Shown here one piece after another: positions 18,572 to 28,976 of a stretch of 57,858 nucleotides of DNA. The DNA is taken from positions 1 to 57,858 of IMG/VR virus record IMGVR_UViG_3300021197_001472. One strand, 5' to 3'. The notes below the pieces were generated by a model. That model ran no database searches. It worked only from the letters and a program-made list of their open reading frames with translations, and was not told where the DNA came from. Within the stretch, counting starts at the first letter, position 1. Every line of letters starts with the position of its first letter. Source of the stretch: a virus (taxonomy: Duplodnaviria; Caudoviricetes). The translations under genes and the position numbers were made by a program.

Positions 18572-18777
18572 TGCAAACACGAAAGATGTCTCTCTTCGAG
18601 GCTAATCTCAACGCTGGCATTGGCCTGATAGTATCCTACCTGTTTACTTATTTGGCCTTACCCATATTCGGATTGCACCCAGATCCATGGGAAGCTGGCT
18701 ACATAACAGCTTCTTTCTTTTTTCTATCGGCAATTCGTAGTTATATCCTTCGAAGAATTTTTATAAATTTCTTTTGA
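18571..18777 (+). CDS. Small two-helix membrane protein
   Basis: Hydrophobic 68 aa ending RSYILRRIF. Confidence 0.65.
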   Translation: MQTRKMSLFEANLNAGIGLIVSYLFTYLALPIFGLHPDPWEAGYITASFFFLSAIRSYILRRIFINFF

Positions 18778-18950
18778 ATAGGGACGACCGCTCTCAAAAA
18801 AACCCTAAAGTAAACTTGTCAGAAGCTGTATATGCCGCGATAGCCGCTATCAGTACCGCCCAAGACACGCCGCTGAAGTCATAGTACGTGACCATCCGTA
18901 CGTTTCTGATGCTTGTTTTTGCAATTTGAAACCCGTAAAGGAGACTACCC

Positions 18951-20129
18951 ATGCCTACAGGCATTCAAGGTCTACGCGGAAGTGGTGAATTTTCTACCGA
19001 TTTTCGTCCGACCAACTATCGCTCCCTGTATACGCTCTTAGAGCCAAACGGAAGCGCACCCTTTAACGCTCTGCTTGCCATGACCACTGGCGAGGCCACA
19101 GATGACCCGAAAATTAATCACTTTCGTGATGAGATTCCCGAACGCGTTGTAAAGATAAACAACGGTGCTGGGTACAACGCGACAGCTACATCAATTACGA
19201 TTGATGCAGACGTTGAAGTTGGGTTCTTAACTGCTGGCACTCTACTTGCTAACGCAAGAACTGGTGAAATCATGCGAGTGACAACCGATGCTTCTGGCAC
19301 AACATTAGCTGTTGCCCGAAACCTTGGTTCTTCTGGTTTGACGATCCTCGATAACGACGATCTATTTGTGGCTGGTTTCGCCGCCGCTGATGGTTCCGAC
19401 GTGTCAACGGCAGTCTCGTTCGATCCAAGCGTCGTATTCAACTACACCCAAATATTCCGTACACCTTTCGCAGTGACTAACACTTTGAAAGCAACGTATC
19501 GAAGAACAGGTGACGCTGAAGACGAATATGCAACGAAAGCTCTCAAGCTTCACATGCAAGAAATCGAACGCGCAATGTTTTTTGGCAAGCGACACATCGA
19601 GAACTCCTCTGCGTACAACGAAAGAAGGTACACTGGTGGATTGTTAACATCGATAACCAATGTCACAGATGGAGCAACTTTCTCCACACCTGGCCAGATG
19701 ACTGAAGATGAGTTCGATTCAATGCTCATCAACACCATCTTCGCTTTCGGCTCACAACAGAAGCTTGCTTTTGTTGGTTCCAAAGTGGCCGCTCACTTAC
19801 AGCGTTTCGGAAAATCAAGGTGGCAACCCACCGTGGTCTCTGGAACATACGGAGTGAACGTGACGAGATACTCAACGATGGCTGGGGATTTGATGGTGCA
19901 TTTACACCCTCAATTCCGACAGGTTCCAAACATGGATTCTGCAATGGTTATCGTCGATATGCCACATGTTAAATACCGATACTTAGAAGGACGCGATACG
20001 CAATTGCTTCGTGACCGACAAGGTAACGGTGTCGATGGAGTGATCCATGAGTACCTATCTGATTGTGCGCTAGAACTTACACAAGACAAAGTTCACACGT
20101 ACATTAAGGGTTGGTCAACAACCGCGTAA
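18951..20129 (+). CDS. Major capsid protein (DUF5309/SU10-like)
   Basis: 392 aa; NYTQIFR, EIERAMFFG and RRYTGGL motifs; strong AAGGAG RBS; own terminator. Confidence 0.85.
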   Translation: MPTGIQGLRGSGEFSTDFRPTNYRSLYTLLEPNGSAPFNALLAMTTGEATDDPKINHFRDEIPERVVKINNGAGYNATATSITIDADVEVGFLTAGTLLANARTGEIMRVTTDASGTTLAVARNLGSSGLTILDNDDLFVAGFAAADGSDVSTAVSFDPSVVFNYTQIFRTPFAVTNTLKATYRRTGDAEDEYATKALKLHMQEIERAMFFGKRHIENSSAYNERRYTGGLLTSITNVTDGATFSTPGQMTEDEFDSMLINTIFAFGSQQKLAFVGSKVAAHLQRFGKSRWQPTVVSGTYGVNVTRYSTMAGDLMVHLHPQFRQVPNMDSAMVIVDMPHVKYRYLEGRDTQLLRDRQGNGVDGVIHEYLSDCALELTQDKVHTYIKGWSTTA

Positions 20130-20136
20130 CATGGAT

Positions 20137-20160
20137 GGGTGGGCTAAGGCCCACCCTTCT
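20137..20160 (+). terminator. Terminator after capsid gene
   Basis: GGGTGGGC-TAAG-GCCCACCC followed by TTCT. Confidence 0.7.
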
Positions 20161-20176
20161 ATCTAGGGGAAATTGA

Positions 20177-20368
20177 ATGAACGAAATGGGGAAACTCATT
20201 ATGGGAGGGTTCCTCCCAGAAGGTGTAGAGGTTTGCGAAAAATGCGGAGTGCTTATGCGTCCCGCTGATGAAAAACCTCACTACGTTAATGGCCACCTTC
20301 AATGCAGATGCGGGAAAAACATAGACGAATGTTGTCAAATGGAAACCGCGAACGAGTTACACAGCTAA
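20177..20368 (+). CDS. Small Cys-rich protein
   Basis: CEKC...HLQCRCG...CC; AGGGGA RBS. Confidence 0.65.
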   Translation: MNEMGKLIMGGFLPEGVEVCEKCGVLMRPADEKPHYVNGHLQCRCGKNIDECCQMETANELHS

Positions 20369-20423
20369 TGCTTTGGGTAAGGATCATAGAGATGTATGGA
20401 AAGAAACGAAAGCCACGTAAGAA

Positions 20424-20594
20424 ATGATGAATTGCTGGTTTTGCGGCCCTGACCAACAGTTAATCTGGGGAGGCGATTTCAACTTCGAGGATTATGGTTT
20501 GGAAGGGGATGGCATAATCGCCAACCTGAGTTGCCCCAAGTGCGGCTCATATGTTGAAGCCAGAACAGGCATCGACGAAGAAGAAGATGAATGA
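20424..20594 (+). CDS. Small Zn-ribbon protein (56 aa, MMNCWFCG...LIWGGD...CPKCG), not in ORF track
   Basis: Read by hand; two CxxC motifs. Confidence 0.65.
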   Translation: MMNCWFCGPDQQLIWGGDFNFEDYGLEGDGIIANLSCPKCGSYVEARTGIDEEEDE

Positions 20595-20928
20595 GATAGC
20601 CAACATCAACCAGATGTCCATCGACATGGTCGCGCTGATAGCCCCACTATTAGCTCTCACCGTTTCCATTGGCATAGGACTTTGGGTCAAAGACTCTATG
20701 GACGCTTTCATAAAAGGACTGACCTTCCGCATGGCAACTGCCTTCGAGGAAGGTTCGTTCGTTTACATAGACGGTGAAGCCGCGACAATTGTCAAAATAG
20801 GATTATTCAGAACTACCTTCCAGATCAATAATGGCAGAGGCGTCACTTGGCGTTTCGTTCCAAACCGACGCATTGAGTACCTCAAAATTGAGAAGGTAGT
20901 GAACCAAGCAAAGTCAGACGATCATTAG
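20587..20928 (+). CDS. Minimal MscS-like membrane protein
   Basis: TM helix followed by FEEGSFVYIDG...IVKIGLFRTTF...VPN, like the MscS middle beta domain. Confidence 0.55.
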   Translation: MNEIANINQMSIDMVALIAPLLALTVSIGIGLWVKDSMDAFIKGLTFRMATAFEEGSFVYIDGEAATIVKIGLFRTTFQINNGRGVTWRFVPNRRIEYLKIEKVVNQAKSDDH

Positions 20929-20986
20929 GGACGACAGCCCCCTGTAAACACGCGAAAAAGATCTATGAAAATCACGGAGATCTATA

Positions 20987-21313
20987 ATGAATGTTTCACA
21001 AGGTATGCGGTCAGTCCAATCCTCAGATGCAGAAGTATCAATCCGAGACGAGGACGCCCGAACAGAACAAGTAAAAAAGAAAGTAGCAAAGAAAACAAAG
21101 GCCAGCCAATCAACCTCCTCGTCTAAAGAACTTGTCCTCATGTCAACAGAATCTGAAGGGCAACGCTTCAGCATAATCCTAGATTCAGAAACCCATATAA
21201 CAGGCGTTCGCGCCCAAGGTGGTTACATGATGTTTCATGTACCCGAAGAACTTCGCAGTCGAGTAATGAGACACACATGGATCACTGAAGGAAAACTTGT
21301 GGAGGTTGAATGA
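20987..21313 (+). CDS. Hypothetical virion-module protein
   Basis: GGAG RBS; follows a GGGACGAC motif. Confidence 0.65.
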   Translation: MNVSQGMRSVQSSDAEVSIRDEDARTEQVKKKVAKKTKASQSTSSSKELVLMSTESEGQRFSIILDSETHITGVRAQGGYMMFHVPEELRSRVMRHTWITEGKLVEVE

Positions 21314-21825
21314 GTACGACAAAAGTAAGCTCTACTGACCATCTAACTGTAGGCACGAGGGAAGCTCCGACAGACACTCGTCTTGCTCCCCACGTATTCC
21401 AAGGAAGCCCAAACGCTCCTTTGGAAAATCTTGTTGCCTTAGCTCTTCGCAGATACGGAGACTTTAGCTCACGCCGTGTCACGGGGGATGTCGTCCTTAT
21501 GATGATCGAGATGGCTAATGAAGTCGTCGAGATGATCAATTCTCACCCATATAACGACTCAGTTACAGCAATCGAGTACTACACCTCGCAAACAGATGTA
21601 CGAGCGATAGAAGATGCAATCATGGTTCGCGGTCTACTGGCCTTGTACGCAGAGCAACAGGCATCCGAAAAATACCCAAACTCTCGCATGGAGTTTGCCA
21701 AGCACTTGAACAGCATCCTCTACAATCGAAAGTATAAAGGCACTGTCCGACATGAGTTTGTGCCCACAGAGAACTCTGATCCCATGCGAACAGTCAATGG
21801 CGTAGACTCAAAGTTAGCGATCTAA
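21310..21825 (+). CDS. Putative head-tail adaptor
   Basis: Helical 171 aa preceding the nozzle-sized gene (synteny). Confidence 0.55.
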   Translation: MSTTKVSSTDHLTVGTREAPTDTRLAPHVFQGSPNAPLENLVALALRRYGDFSSRRVTGDVVLMMIEMANEVVEMINSHPYNDSVTAIEYYTSQTDVRAIEDAIMVRGLLALYAEQQASEKYPNSRMEFAKHLNSILYNRKYKGTVRHEFVPTENSDPMRTVNGVDSKLAI

Positions 21826-21826
21826 T

Positions 21827-23353
21827 ATGCGTACAAAGTCTCCATCCCTCATAGCATCCCGACTCTCTGGGTACTATGGTTTCACTGGCCTCGATCGATC
21901 GCGACCAGTAATCGGAATGGACGATGGGAAAAAACAACCCCTCTTCACATTAAACAACGCCCATTCAAAATGGACGGGCACAATCATTCGAGACACCGGA
22001 TTAAAGCTCAGAAAGAAAGTCGAACAGGGTGAAATAGTACACCAAGATTTCTTTAACCGAACTGGTCTTGTATATGCAGTACAAGACGGGAAAAGCATAT
22101 CTCTCTACTCTGAGCGAACAGGAACCTACCCTGACGCATTCACGGTTAATCAACCTGTAACCAGTGCAACATTCGCGAACCAAACTTTCTTTTGTTCCGC
22201 TGGCTTCAACATGATTATGACTGACGGGTTTTCATTCGCAAAAAACAACTCGACAGCAAGACCAGGATTCGCTGTTGCGATCGAGGGACGTTTATACACA
22301 GCGGGTTATATAAACGACCCCGCACAAATAATTGCGTCTCGTGTATTCGTCCAAAAAGGAGACGAGGAAATCTTCCTAGATGAAGAGACAAACACAACTA
22401 CAGCCATACGCGCAGACTTTCTCGACCTCAGCAACGTGATAGGTACAGCCGACGAAATCACTGGCCTCGCAAGATTTGAAACAAACCGCCTCGCAATTTT
22501 CACAAACGACCAATGCCTTGTATACAAGGTCGACCCTGACGTAGCGAACTGGCAAATAGACACAAGAGCAAACGTACAATTAGGAGCGGTAGCTCACAAC
22601 GCAATCTCTCAAGTAGGCTCTGACATAATATTCTGTTCAAGGCATGGCGTACACAGTCTGATCCGTTCCAACGAAAACGGTGTAACAATCGGAACCCGTA
22701 CAATCTCATTTGAAATAGAAGAGGTCTACAAAGAGTTTTTACGCAAATGTATTGGCCCTCGTTTCGTTTCTTCAACCTACGATCAAGACCTTGGACGTTT
22801 ACACATATTCTTCCCCATGGCTGATGGGGCACACAAAAGCCTAGTCGCAGAATTTCGAAAGGGTTACGACGCCTTAACATGGTCATCTTCAGATTTAGGG
22901 GCGGCTCGATGCGGCGCGTTCCTTGCTGGCTCAATGACGTTTGGGACAACCTACGCCATATACGATCGTCTGGATGAACTCTTCGAACTTTCCCCACAGG
23001 ACGACATCACAGACGATTTCATTCGCCCACCAATGCTCATAGAAACGCCCATCCTCTGGCATGGTCAGATAGATGAAGTCAAAGAAAGCCGTGCCCTCGT
23101 ATTGCAAGCCTCTGGAAATGGAACACTGGCTATTACAGCCCACGATGAAGAAGGAAACGAAGTCCTCACAGAGACAATCGCTATCGCAAGACGGGACGAC
23201 AATCCAGATGGATTCCCGTTAGATGCACTAGACGTTCAATTTCGTATCCCGTTTCAGTTGCGATACAGAGGTATCCAACTCAAATTTGAGTCTACGGATA
23301 TGGGCGATATAGAGATTTTAGGGTTTGCGATCGAACTGAAAACGAGTAGCTAG
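21827..23353 (+). CDS. Putative tail nozzle/DNA stabilisation protein (P22 gp10-like)
   Basis: 508-aa beta-propeller-like sequence (ITGLARFETNRLAIF, GSDIIFCSRHGVHSL). Confidence 0.65.
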   Translation: MRTKSPSLIASRLSGYYGFTGLDRSRPVIGMDDGKKQPLFTLNNAHSKWTGTIIRDTGLKLRKKVEQGEIVHQDFFNRTGLVYAVQDGKSISLYSERTGTYPDAFTVNQPVTSATFANQTFFCSAGFNMIMTDGFSFAKNNSTARPGFAVAIEGRLYTAGYINDPAQIIASRVFVQKGDEEIFLDEETNTTTAIRADFLDLSNVIGTADEITGLARFETNRLAIFTNDQCLVYKVDPDVANWQIDTRANVQLGAVAHNAISQVGSDIIFCSRHGVHSLIRSNENGVTIGTRTISFEIEEVYKEFLRKCIGPRFVSSTYDQDLGRLHIFFPMADGAHKSLVAEFRKGYDALTWSSSDLGAARCGAFLAGSMTFGTTYAIYDRLDELFELSPQDDITDDFIRPPMLIETPILWHGQIDEVKESRALVLQASGNGTLAITAHDEEGNEVLTETIAIARRDDNPDGFPLDALDVQFRIPFQLRYRGIQLKFESTDMGDIEILGFAIELKTSS

Positions 23354-23367
23354 AAACGGAAAAAAGA

Positions 23368-24924
23368 ATGGCCAGAATCCAGCAGTTACACCCAGGGAAT
23401 TACCGAAGCACAGGAAATATCGATGACGAATTTAACTCTGTAATTCGATACCTTGTCAGCGGTGAAAAGGGAGATTTCACATTAGGGGAGTTGATGTCTG
23501 TCCTGTTCGATAGCACGGGCAAACTCATAGCTCCCATTGAAATGCGATTGGATGGTTCATCAAACCTACAATACAGGGTCGGTACATACACCGACACAAC
23601 CACTGGCTGGACTACAATAGTTGCCGCTTCAGAAATCAGAGGAGCTGCGGGAGCCGATTTAGGTACAATCGAAGGCCCACTTTTTAACGGTGGGACTCTA
23701 TTTACAGCCACATCTGGTCAAACTGTGTTTTCGTACAACCACGAGACTACAGATGACCTCATGGTATTCATAGATGGTATCCTTCAAATCCCGACATCCT
23801 ACACAGGAAACACCAGCAACAATACCGTTACACTTTCGGCTGGCGCGACTACTGGCCAAAAGGTCTATATCATCAAGCTTCGGGCAAACTCCGTTTCGAA
23901 TTTTCGAAGAACCTCAGCCACTGCGACAACAAACCAAGCAGTCTTCCCGTTTGCTCACACATCTGACGAAAAAATACTCGTATTCAGAAACGGCCTGTTC
24001 CAAACAGAAGGTGGTTCAAATGATTACACGGCTTCGAGCGATCAGAACACAGTCACTTTCAATACCGCTCTAGCTCTTAACGACGAAGTCACAATCCTTA
24101 CGGTCGAGAATACAGCCAATACAAAAGTATCTGGCCTCGTAACAGCCGACGACTATCTTGATAGCAGTGGCTTCATCCCATATTCCAAACTCGCAATAAC
24201 CGCTGGACAGATTCCGCAAGACCGCGTGGCTAACCTCGCATCTCTCACGGCAAACAGAGGCAAAACATTCGTCTCAGCTTCTGCTCCCACAGGAGCAGAT
24301 GCAGTGGCTGGTAATTTCTGGATAGATACATCTACTTCTCCAGACACACCCAAGTTCCACGACGGGGTTCAATGGTTAGACTTCGCGTCTCAAACAACCA
24401 TACCAACATTTACTGTTACTGACGCATTGAAAGCCCTCCACATAAACTCATCTGGCACAGGCTTAGAGTTCAGAACCGTCGATCTATCCGCATATGTCCC
24501 TTTAAGCACAGTCGGGGCCGCAAGTGGGGTAGCCGCCCTAGACTCAACCGGACGACTGGCCGTTTCACAAATACCAACAGTTATGGCCCTAGACAGCTTA
24601 CACTTCGTTCAGTCTGGTAACACAACGAGTACAACTTCTTTTGTGATCAAGCGCATCTATGGAGAAATGGTACGCATAGACAAGATCAGCGTTAGGACAT
24701 CGAGCGGGACTTGTGACATCACATTGCAAGTCAATGGTGTGAACGTAGCTGGCTTCACCCCAATCAGTGCATCATCTACACCCGTCGAACAAAACTTGGC
24801 CAACTCTATCAGCGTAGACGCTCAAACCGTAAACGCTTCTAAGACCATTGGCTTTGAGGCATCAAACGTCTCTACCGCCGCTGACATCGAGATCGTATTG
24901 GCTGTAACAAAGGTGGCTCCTTAA
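23368..24924 (+). CDS. Tail structural/fibre protein
   Basis: Tandem TATxGQTVF...VFxDG beta repeats; GNFWIDTS; GVAALDSTG fibre motif. Confidence 0.7.
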   Translation: MARIQQLHPGNYRSTGNIDDEFNSVIRYLVSGEKGDFTLGELMSVLFDSTGKLIAPIEMRLDGSSNLQYRVGTYTDTTTGWTTIVAASEIRGAAGADLGTIEGPLFNGGTLFTATSGQTVFSYNHETTDDLMVFIDGILQIPTSYTGNTSNNTVTLSAGATTGQKVYIIKLRANSVSNFRRTSATATTNQAVFPFAHTSDEKILVFRNGLFQTEGGSNDYTASSDQNTVTFNTALALNDEVTILTVENTANTKVSGLVTADDYLDSSGFIPYSKLAITAGQIPQDRVANLASLTANRGKTFVSASAPTGADAVAGNFWIDTSTSPDTPKFHDGVQWLDFASQTTIPTFTVTDALKALHINSSGTGLEFRTVDLSAYVPLSTVGAASGVAALDSTGRLAVSQIPTVMALDSLHFVQSGNTTSTTSFVIKRIYGEMVRIDKISVRTSSGTCDITLQVNGVNVAGFTPISASSTPVEQNLANSISVDAQTVNASKTIGFEASNVSTAADIEIVLAVTKVAP

Positions 24925-26183
24925 TGCCTAATTTCGCTAAACAAATCGCTGGTCATGGGAGATTTGGAGATACGTTAGTCGCGCATCTCACTAAAGCACA
25001 AGCCAACACGCTTAAAAAAGCGGGTGGTGCTGGCACGATCAATCCAACTACAGGCTTACTAGAGTTCTATAAAGGAACATTAGGAAACCCAAGGCAGTCA
25101 GAAGGAAACGCTTTTACTTCAGCATTCACCAAGGCTGACGGTGGACAGCGAACTGTAGCCGATGTATTCAACAACATATCTAAAATCCAGAAAGATAATG
25201 CCCCTAAAAAAGCGGATCAAAATCAAAAGGACAGCGTGTCAAAGCAAGCACTGGCTGTTGCACACATTCTCAACTACACCGTTCCTCATTACAATGACAA
25301 AGAAGCTATGACAGGCTTCGTCTACATGGGACAAGACGGTAAAGGCCCACTTCATCCAGACACGATCGCCGAGCTTGACAATAAGTTACTAGACGTGGGG
25401 CACAGCGTACGAAGAGTTGTTATTGGTGGTGTCAATAATGATGATACAAACGAAGACATGGCTCCTCGTGATATGTCCATATTTCTACGAGCGATCGGCC
25501 CATCTGGACGATCAGGAAACCTCAAGAGAGGCACACCTCTCGTTAGCGAGGAAGAGCTTATGAGAGCGTATCAACAAATCGGGGTTATGCCTTACGAACT
25601 TGACGCCAAAATAGGACAAGGGTCATTTGATATGTACGGCTACAACACATACAAAACAGTTGGTAATAAACCTCTATCACTAGCACAACAGCAAGTAACT
25701 GCACTCACTGCTAACTACTTCAATGATCTGCTTGCAAGTAACGATGTACGCCAGTTCAAAAGTTCTGCCAACAGCGATGGTACAGGAGGTGCAAATCAAA
25801 TTAGTGACGGTGGATTGCACGGTCTGGGCATTAGTATAAATGGAGATCCGTCTCACCCATCAACGTTTTCCAACATGCAAGCTCGATTAACTAATGAGAT
25901 CGGTTTTGTTAACATGTTAAATTCAGTTCCAGCCGCTTTGAAATATGCCTATGACAATCCAGAAGGCCCACCCCTGCGACCTGATTTGGCTAAAGATCCA
26001 ATAACTGGCGAGATTGCGGATCGAGCAGATGAATCTCTACTTGGAGATTTGGGCGTAAGTTATCAAAGTTTTTCTCAAGCTCTAGCCAGCAACAACTACA
26101 ACCAATACGGAGATTTTGGCGGCAAGGGTTTTGGTCAAGGGTTTGGCACCGGATTCAATCGTGGTTATTCGATAGGCACATAG
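24924..26183 (+). CDS. Putative internal virion protein 1
   Basis: N-terminal GRFGDTLVAH...GAGTINPTTGLLEF segment. Confidence 0.6.
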   Translation: MPNFAKQIAGHGRFGDTLVAHLTKAQANTLKKAGGAGTINPTTGLLEFYKGTLGNPRQSEGNAFTSAFTKADGGQRTVADVFNNISKIQKDNAPKKADQNQKDSVSKQALAVAHILNYTVPHYNDKEAMTGFVYMGQDGKGPLHPDTIAELDNKLLDVGHSVRRVVIGGVNNDDTNEDMAPRDMSIFLRAIGPSGRSGNLKRGTPLVSEEELMRAYQQIGVMPYELDAKIGQGSFDMYGYNTYKTVGNKPLSLAQQQVTALTANYFNDLLASNDVRQFKSSANSDGTGGANQISDGGLHGLGISINGDPSHPSTFSNMQARLTNEIGFVNMLNSVPAALKYAYDNPEGPPLRPDLAKDPITGEIADRADESLLGDLGVSYQSFSQALASNNYNQYGDFGGKGFGQGFGTGFNRGYSIGT

Positions 26184-26198
26184 GTAGGAGTGTAAGTA

Positions 26199-27689
26199 AT
26201 GACGTTCAGTACAAAAATGTTTGGCCCTGCAAGGAAAATGGCTAGACACGGTAGGTTTGGAGACACGATCCTTGCCCACATCAATCCCAAAGAAGCCGCA
26301 CTCCTTAAAGCTAGAGGTGGCAGTGGCACGATCAACCCAAAGACAGGGGCTATGGAGTTCGCAAATCGAGAAGACTTCGACGCCGACTTTTATCTAGATC
26401 AATATCAAGACGTAACTAAGGCTGGCTATGGAAGTGGAAATCCTGATGACGAAAATTTCCTAGATCCGTTTGAACACTATCAAACGTATGGTCGTTTTGA
26501 AGGGCGTTCTGGTAACGTCAACGAACAACAAGTGCAAGATCTTGGTGCATACACTGGAGCTTTTGACGAAGATTTCTACTTATCCAACAACCAAGATGTT
26601 TCAGATGCTATAGACAACGATCTACTTGGCGGTCTCTCCGCACGAGACCACTTCAACATCTTCGGACAATCTGAAAAGCGCACAACCAACCAACTTCAAC
26701 AAGATCTAAAAGAAGGTGGCTTCGGTGGACGCTTCGGTCGAAATCAGGGAATGTCATCATATGAAGACAACGTCATTGGCGGCGGCAAAAGTGACCGTGC
26801 GACAGCACGAACAAATTTTCTGGGTGGGAATACCACAGGCCGAACACCCGAAGAATTAGCCGAAATGGGGCCATTTGGAACAAACTATTTAAACCAAAAT
26901 CAAACCAATATCGCAGACAACCTAGTAGGATCTGGGGATTTCGCATACGACTTACTTGGGGGAACCGCAGGTCTTACGGCTCAACAAATTATCGATCAGC
27001 TTTCCCCTCGTAAGGACGCAGTCGACAGCGGGTTCATTGGGAACTTTGATCCGAACCTGATGACCGCATACACAAACGACTATACCGATTTCGATAACGA
27101 CGCTTCAACAAATTTCTCCGCGCCTAATACAAGTAACATCAGTCGTGGAGGTGAGGACATAACACAAATAAGGAACGCCATTCGAGGTATTGGATACGAA
27201 GGTAGATTTGGAACAGGAGAAGCTGAGACATATATAAACGACCAGCTATCAGAACTTGGCTTGACCTCTACGGGGGATTTAGCCAGAGACATCAACGCGG
27301 TTAAATCACAACAGGGTTATCAAACTAGGATTTCAGAACTTGAAGACGAGTTAGATGAGCTTCTAGCCGCTAGAAATGCTCCTCCTGTAACCACTCAGCC
27401 TTTGACAACGGGCGACACCTCAACGGGCGACATCCCAACAGATGTAAGCGTAGGGGTTCCACAGATTGCCCTTGGCTCTAATGCAGATGGAACAATCCCT
27501 TCAGCCCCAACCGCTGGACGCTTCAATGATACGACTGGCTTTCCATCGTTCAGAAGAACACGCATCAATCCATTTACGGGGGCACTTGAATACTTGCCCC
27601 CATCTACGAACTTCAGAAACGCCTTTTCTCAATCCACAGAAACACGCCCTCGTTTCTCCAGTGGTTTCGGGAACACGATCCGACTATAG
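26199..27689 (+). CDS. Putative internal virion protein 2
   Basis: Same N-terminal segment; two FDxDFYLxxxxDV...HxxxxGxxExR repeats. Confidence 0.6.
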   Translation: MTFSTKMFGPARKMARHGRFGDTILAHINPKEAALLKARGGSGTINPKTGAMEFANREDFDADFYLDQYQDVTKAGYGSGNPDDENFLDPFEHYQTYGRFEGRSGNVNEQQVQDLGAYTGAFDEDFYLSNNQDVSDAIDNDLLGGLSARDHFNIFGQSEKRTTNQLQQDLKEGGFGGRFGRNQGMSSYEDNVIGGGKSDRATARTNFLGGNTTGRTPEELAEMGPFGTNYLNQNQTNIADNLVGSGDFAYDLLGGTAGLTAQQIIDQLSPRKDAVDSGFIGNFDPNLMTAYTNDYTDFDNDASTNFSAPNTSNISRGGEDITQIRNAIRGIGYEGRFGTGEAETYINDQLSELGLTSTGDLARDINAVKSQQGYQTRISELEDELDELLAARNAPPVTTQPLTTGDTSTGDIPTDVSVGVPQIALGSNADGTIPSAPTAGRFNDTTGFPSFRRTRINPFTGALEYLPPSTNFRNAFSQSTETRPRFSSGFGNTIRL

Positions 27690-27698
27690 GAGTACAAA

Positions 27699-28976
27699 AT
27701 GGTATCATTCAGTAACCTGATTGACGGGGCTACAGCAGTAGCAAATCTTGTGGGCGGCTTTTCCGCAAGCAACCGCGCCGACAAAGCGGCTGGCCAATCT
27801 GAAGCTTTAACAAACGCACAACTAGAAGCTCTCTCACGACAAGAGGGAATTTTTGACTCAGGGGCAGACGCTCTTGAGATTGCATTATCCCAAATACTTG
27901 AAGCCTTTGGTGGGCGTGGCCAATATGATCCCCAATTCGTCGACGATATGGCGTCTCTTCTCTCACAGGAACGAGCCGAGGGAGAAGACCAGACCAAGTC
28001 TGAAATCCTAGGGGAACGCGTACTACAAGCTGGCAGACAACAAGATGAAATGCTTAGGGAGCTTGGCATTGCCGACGCCCTGTTCGCGCCTACAGCCGAC
28101 AATGTAGCTCCACGTAAAGAGTTCGACGTTCGCTTCAATACAAACACCTATGACAATGCCCTAAACAAACTCACTGAGATGTTCAAGGCAAACCTTGATG
28201 TATCCTCAGACAGAAATCTCAACGAAACAATGTCCAAGATGATAGCAGACAATCAGCGAAAACTTGGAGGTGCGTCCTCTGGCCAAGCAGTAGTAAATGC
28301 ACGAATGATGGCTGATGCAAAAGACGAAGCTGAGGCAAGAAACATGCTTACTGCGCTCAACATGGCCACAAACCAGTTAACAGGACTGCAAGGTCTCGAC
28401 ACGAATTTACAGAGCGGGAACATCAACGCGCAAAACGCTAATGTCGCTGGCTTAAACTACGATAAGGCTCTCCAAGATATGCTGTTCAAACAAGCCATTA
28501 CCTCAGCAGATGCTGGACAGAAATTTTCGCAAGGAGCAGCAGGTGGCGAAAGGTTAAACCAAGCCAGTGTCTTGGGTGCCCTTGCAGGTGTGAACAACTT
28601 AAACCAGAACACAGATCTAATAGACTACACAACCGCTCTTAGCACGATTGGTGCAGAGCAAGGTCTGGCAAACAATACGCTCAACACGTTACAGAATTTG
28701 GTAACCGCGCCATACAACTATCGTGTTCAAGGCCCACAAGGAATACTGAAAGGTGCCCCAGCCGCCTCAGAAAGTGCAAACAACCTTCTAACAACGTTCT
28801 CAACAGCCGCTGGTAATTCATTCAACGCCGCTGGACAGGGCATCGAGAACTTCTTCAAGGAGTCAAACTTAGGAAATACAGATGTCTCGTCCTTCTTCAA
28901 CTCCGACACTGGCAGTACAATGGCTCCTACGTTAAGAGAAAATGCGACTTATACCGATCCTTGGGGAGTAATCTAG
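27699..28976 (+). CDS. Putative ejection protein
   Basis: A/Q/N/G-rich helical 425 aa; AGGAG RBS. Confidence 0.6.
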   Translation: MVSFSNLIDGATAVANLVGGFSASNRADKAAGQSEALTNAQLEALSRQEGIFDSGADALEIALSQILEAFGGRGQYDPQFVDDMASLLSQERAEGEDQTKSEILGERVLQAGRQQDEMLRELGIADALFAPTADNVAPRKEFDVRFNTNTYDNALNKLTEMFKANLDVSSDRNLNETMSKMIADNQRKLGGASSGQAVVNARMMADAKDEAEARNMLTALNMATNQLTGLQGLDTNLQSGNINAQNANVAGLNYDKALQDMLFKQAITSADAGQKFSQGAAGGERLNQASVLGALAGVNNLNQNTDLIDYTTALSTIGAEQGLANNTLNTLQNLVTAPYNYRVQGPQGILKGAPAASESANNLLTTFSTAAGNSFNAAGQGIENFFKESNLGNTDVSSFFNSDTGSTMAPTLRENATYTDPWGVI

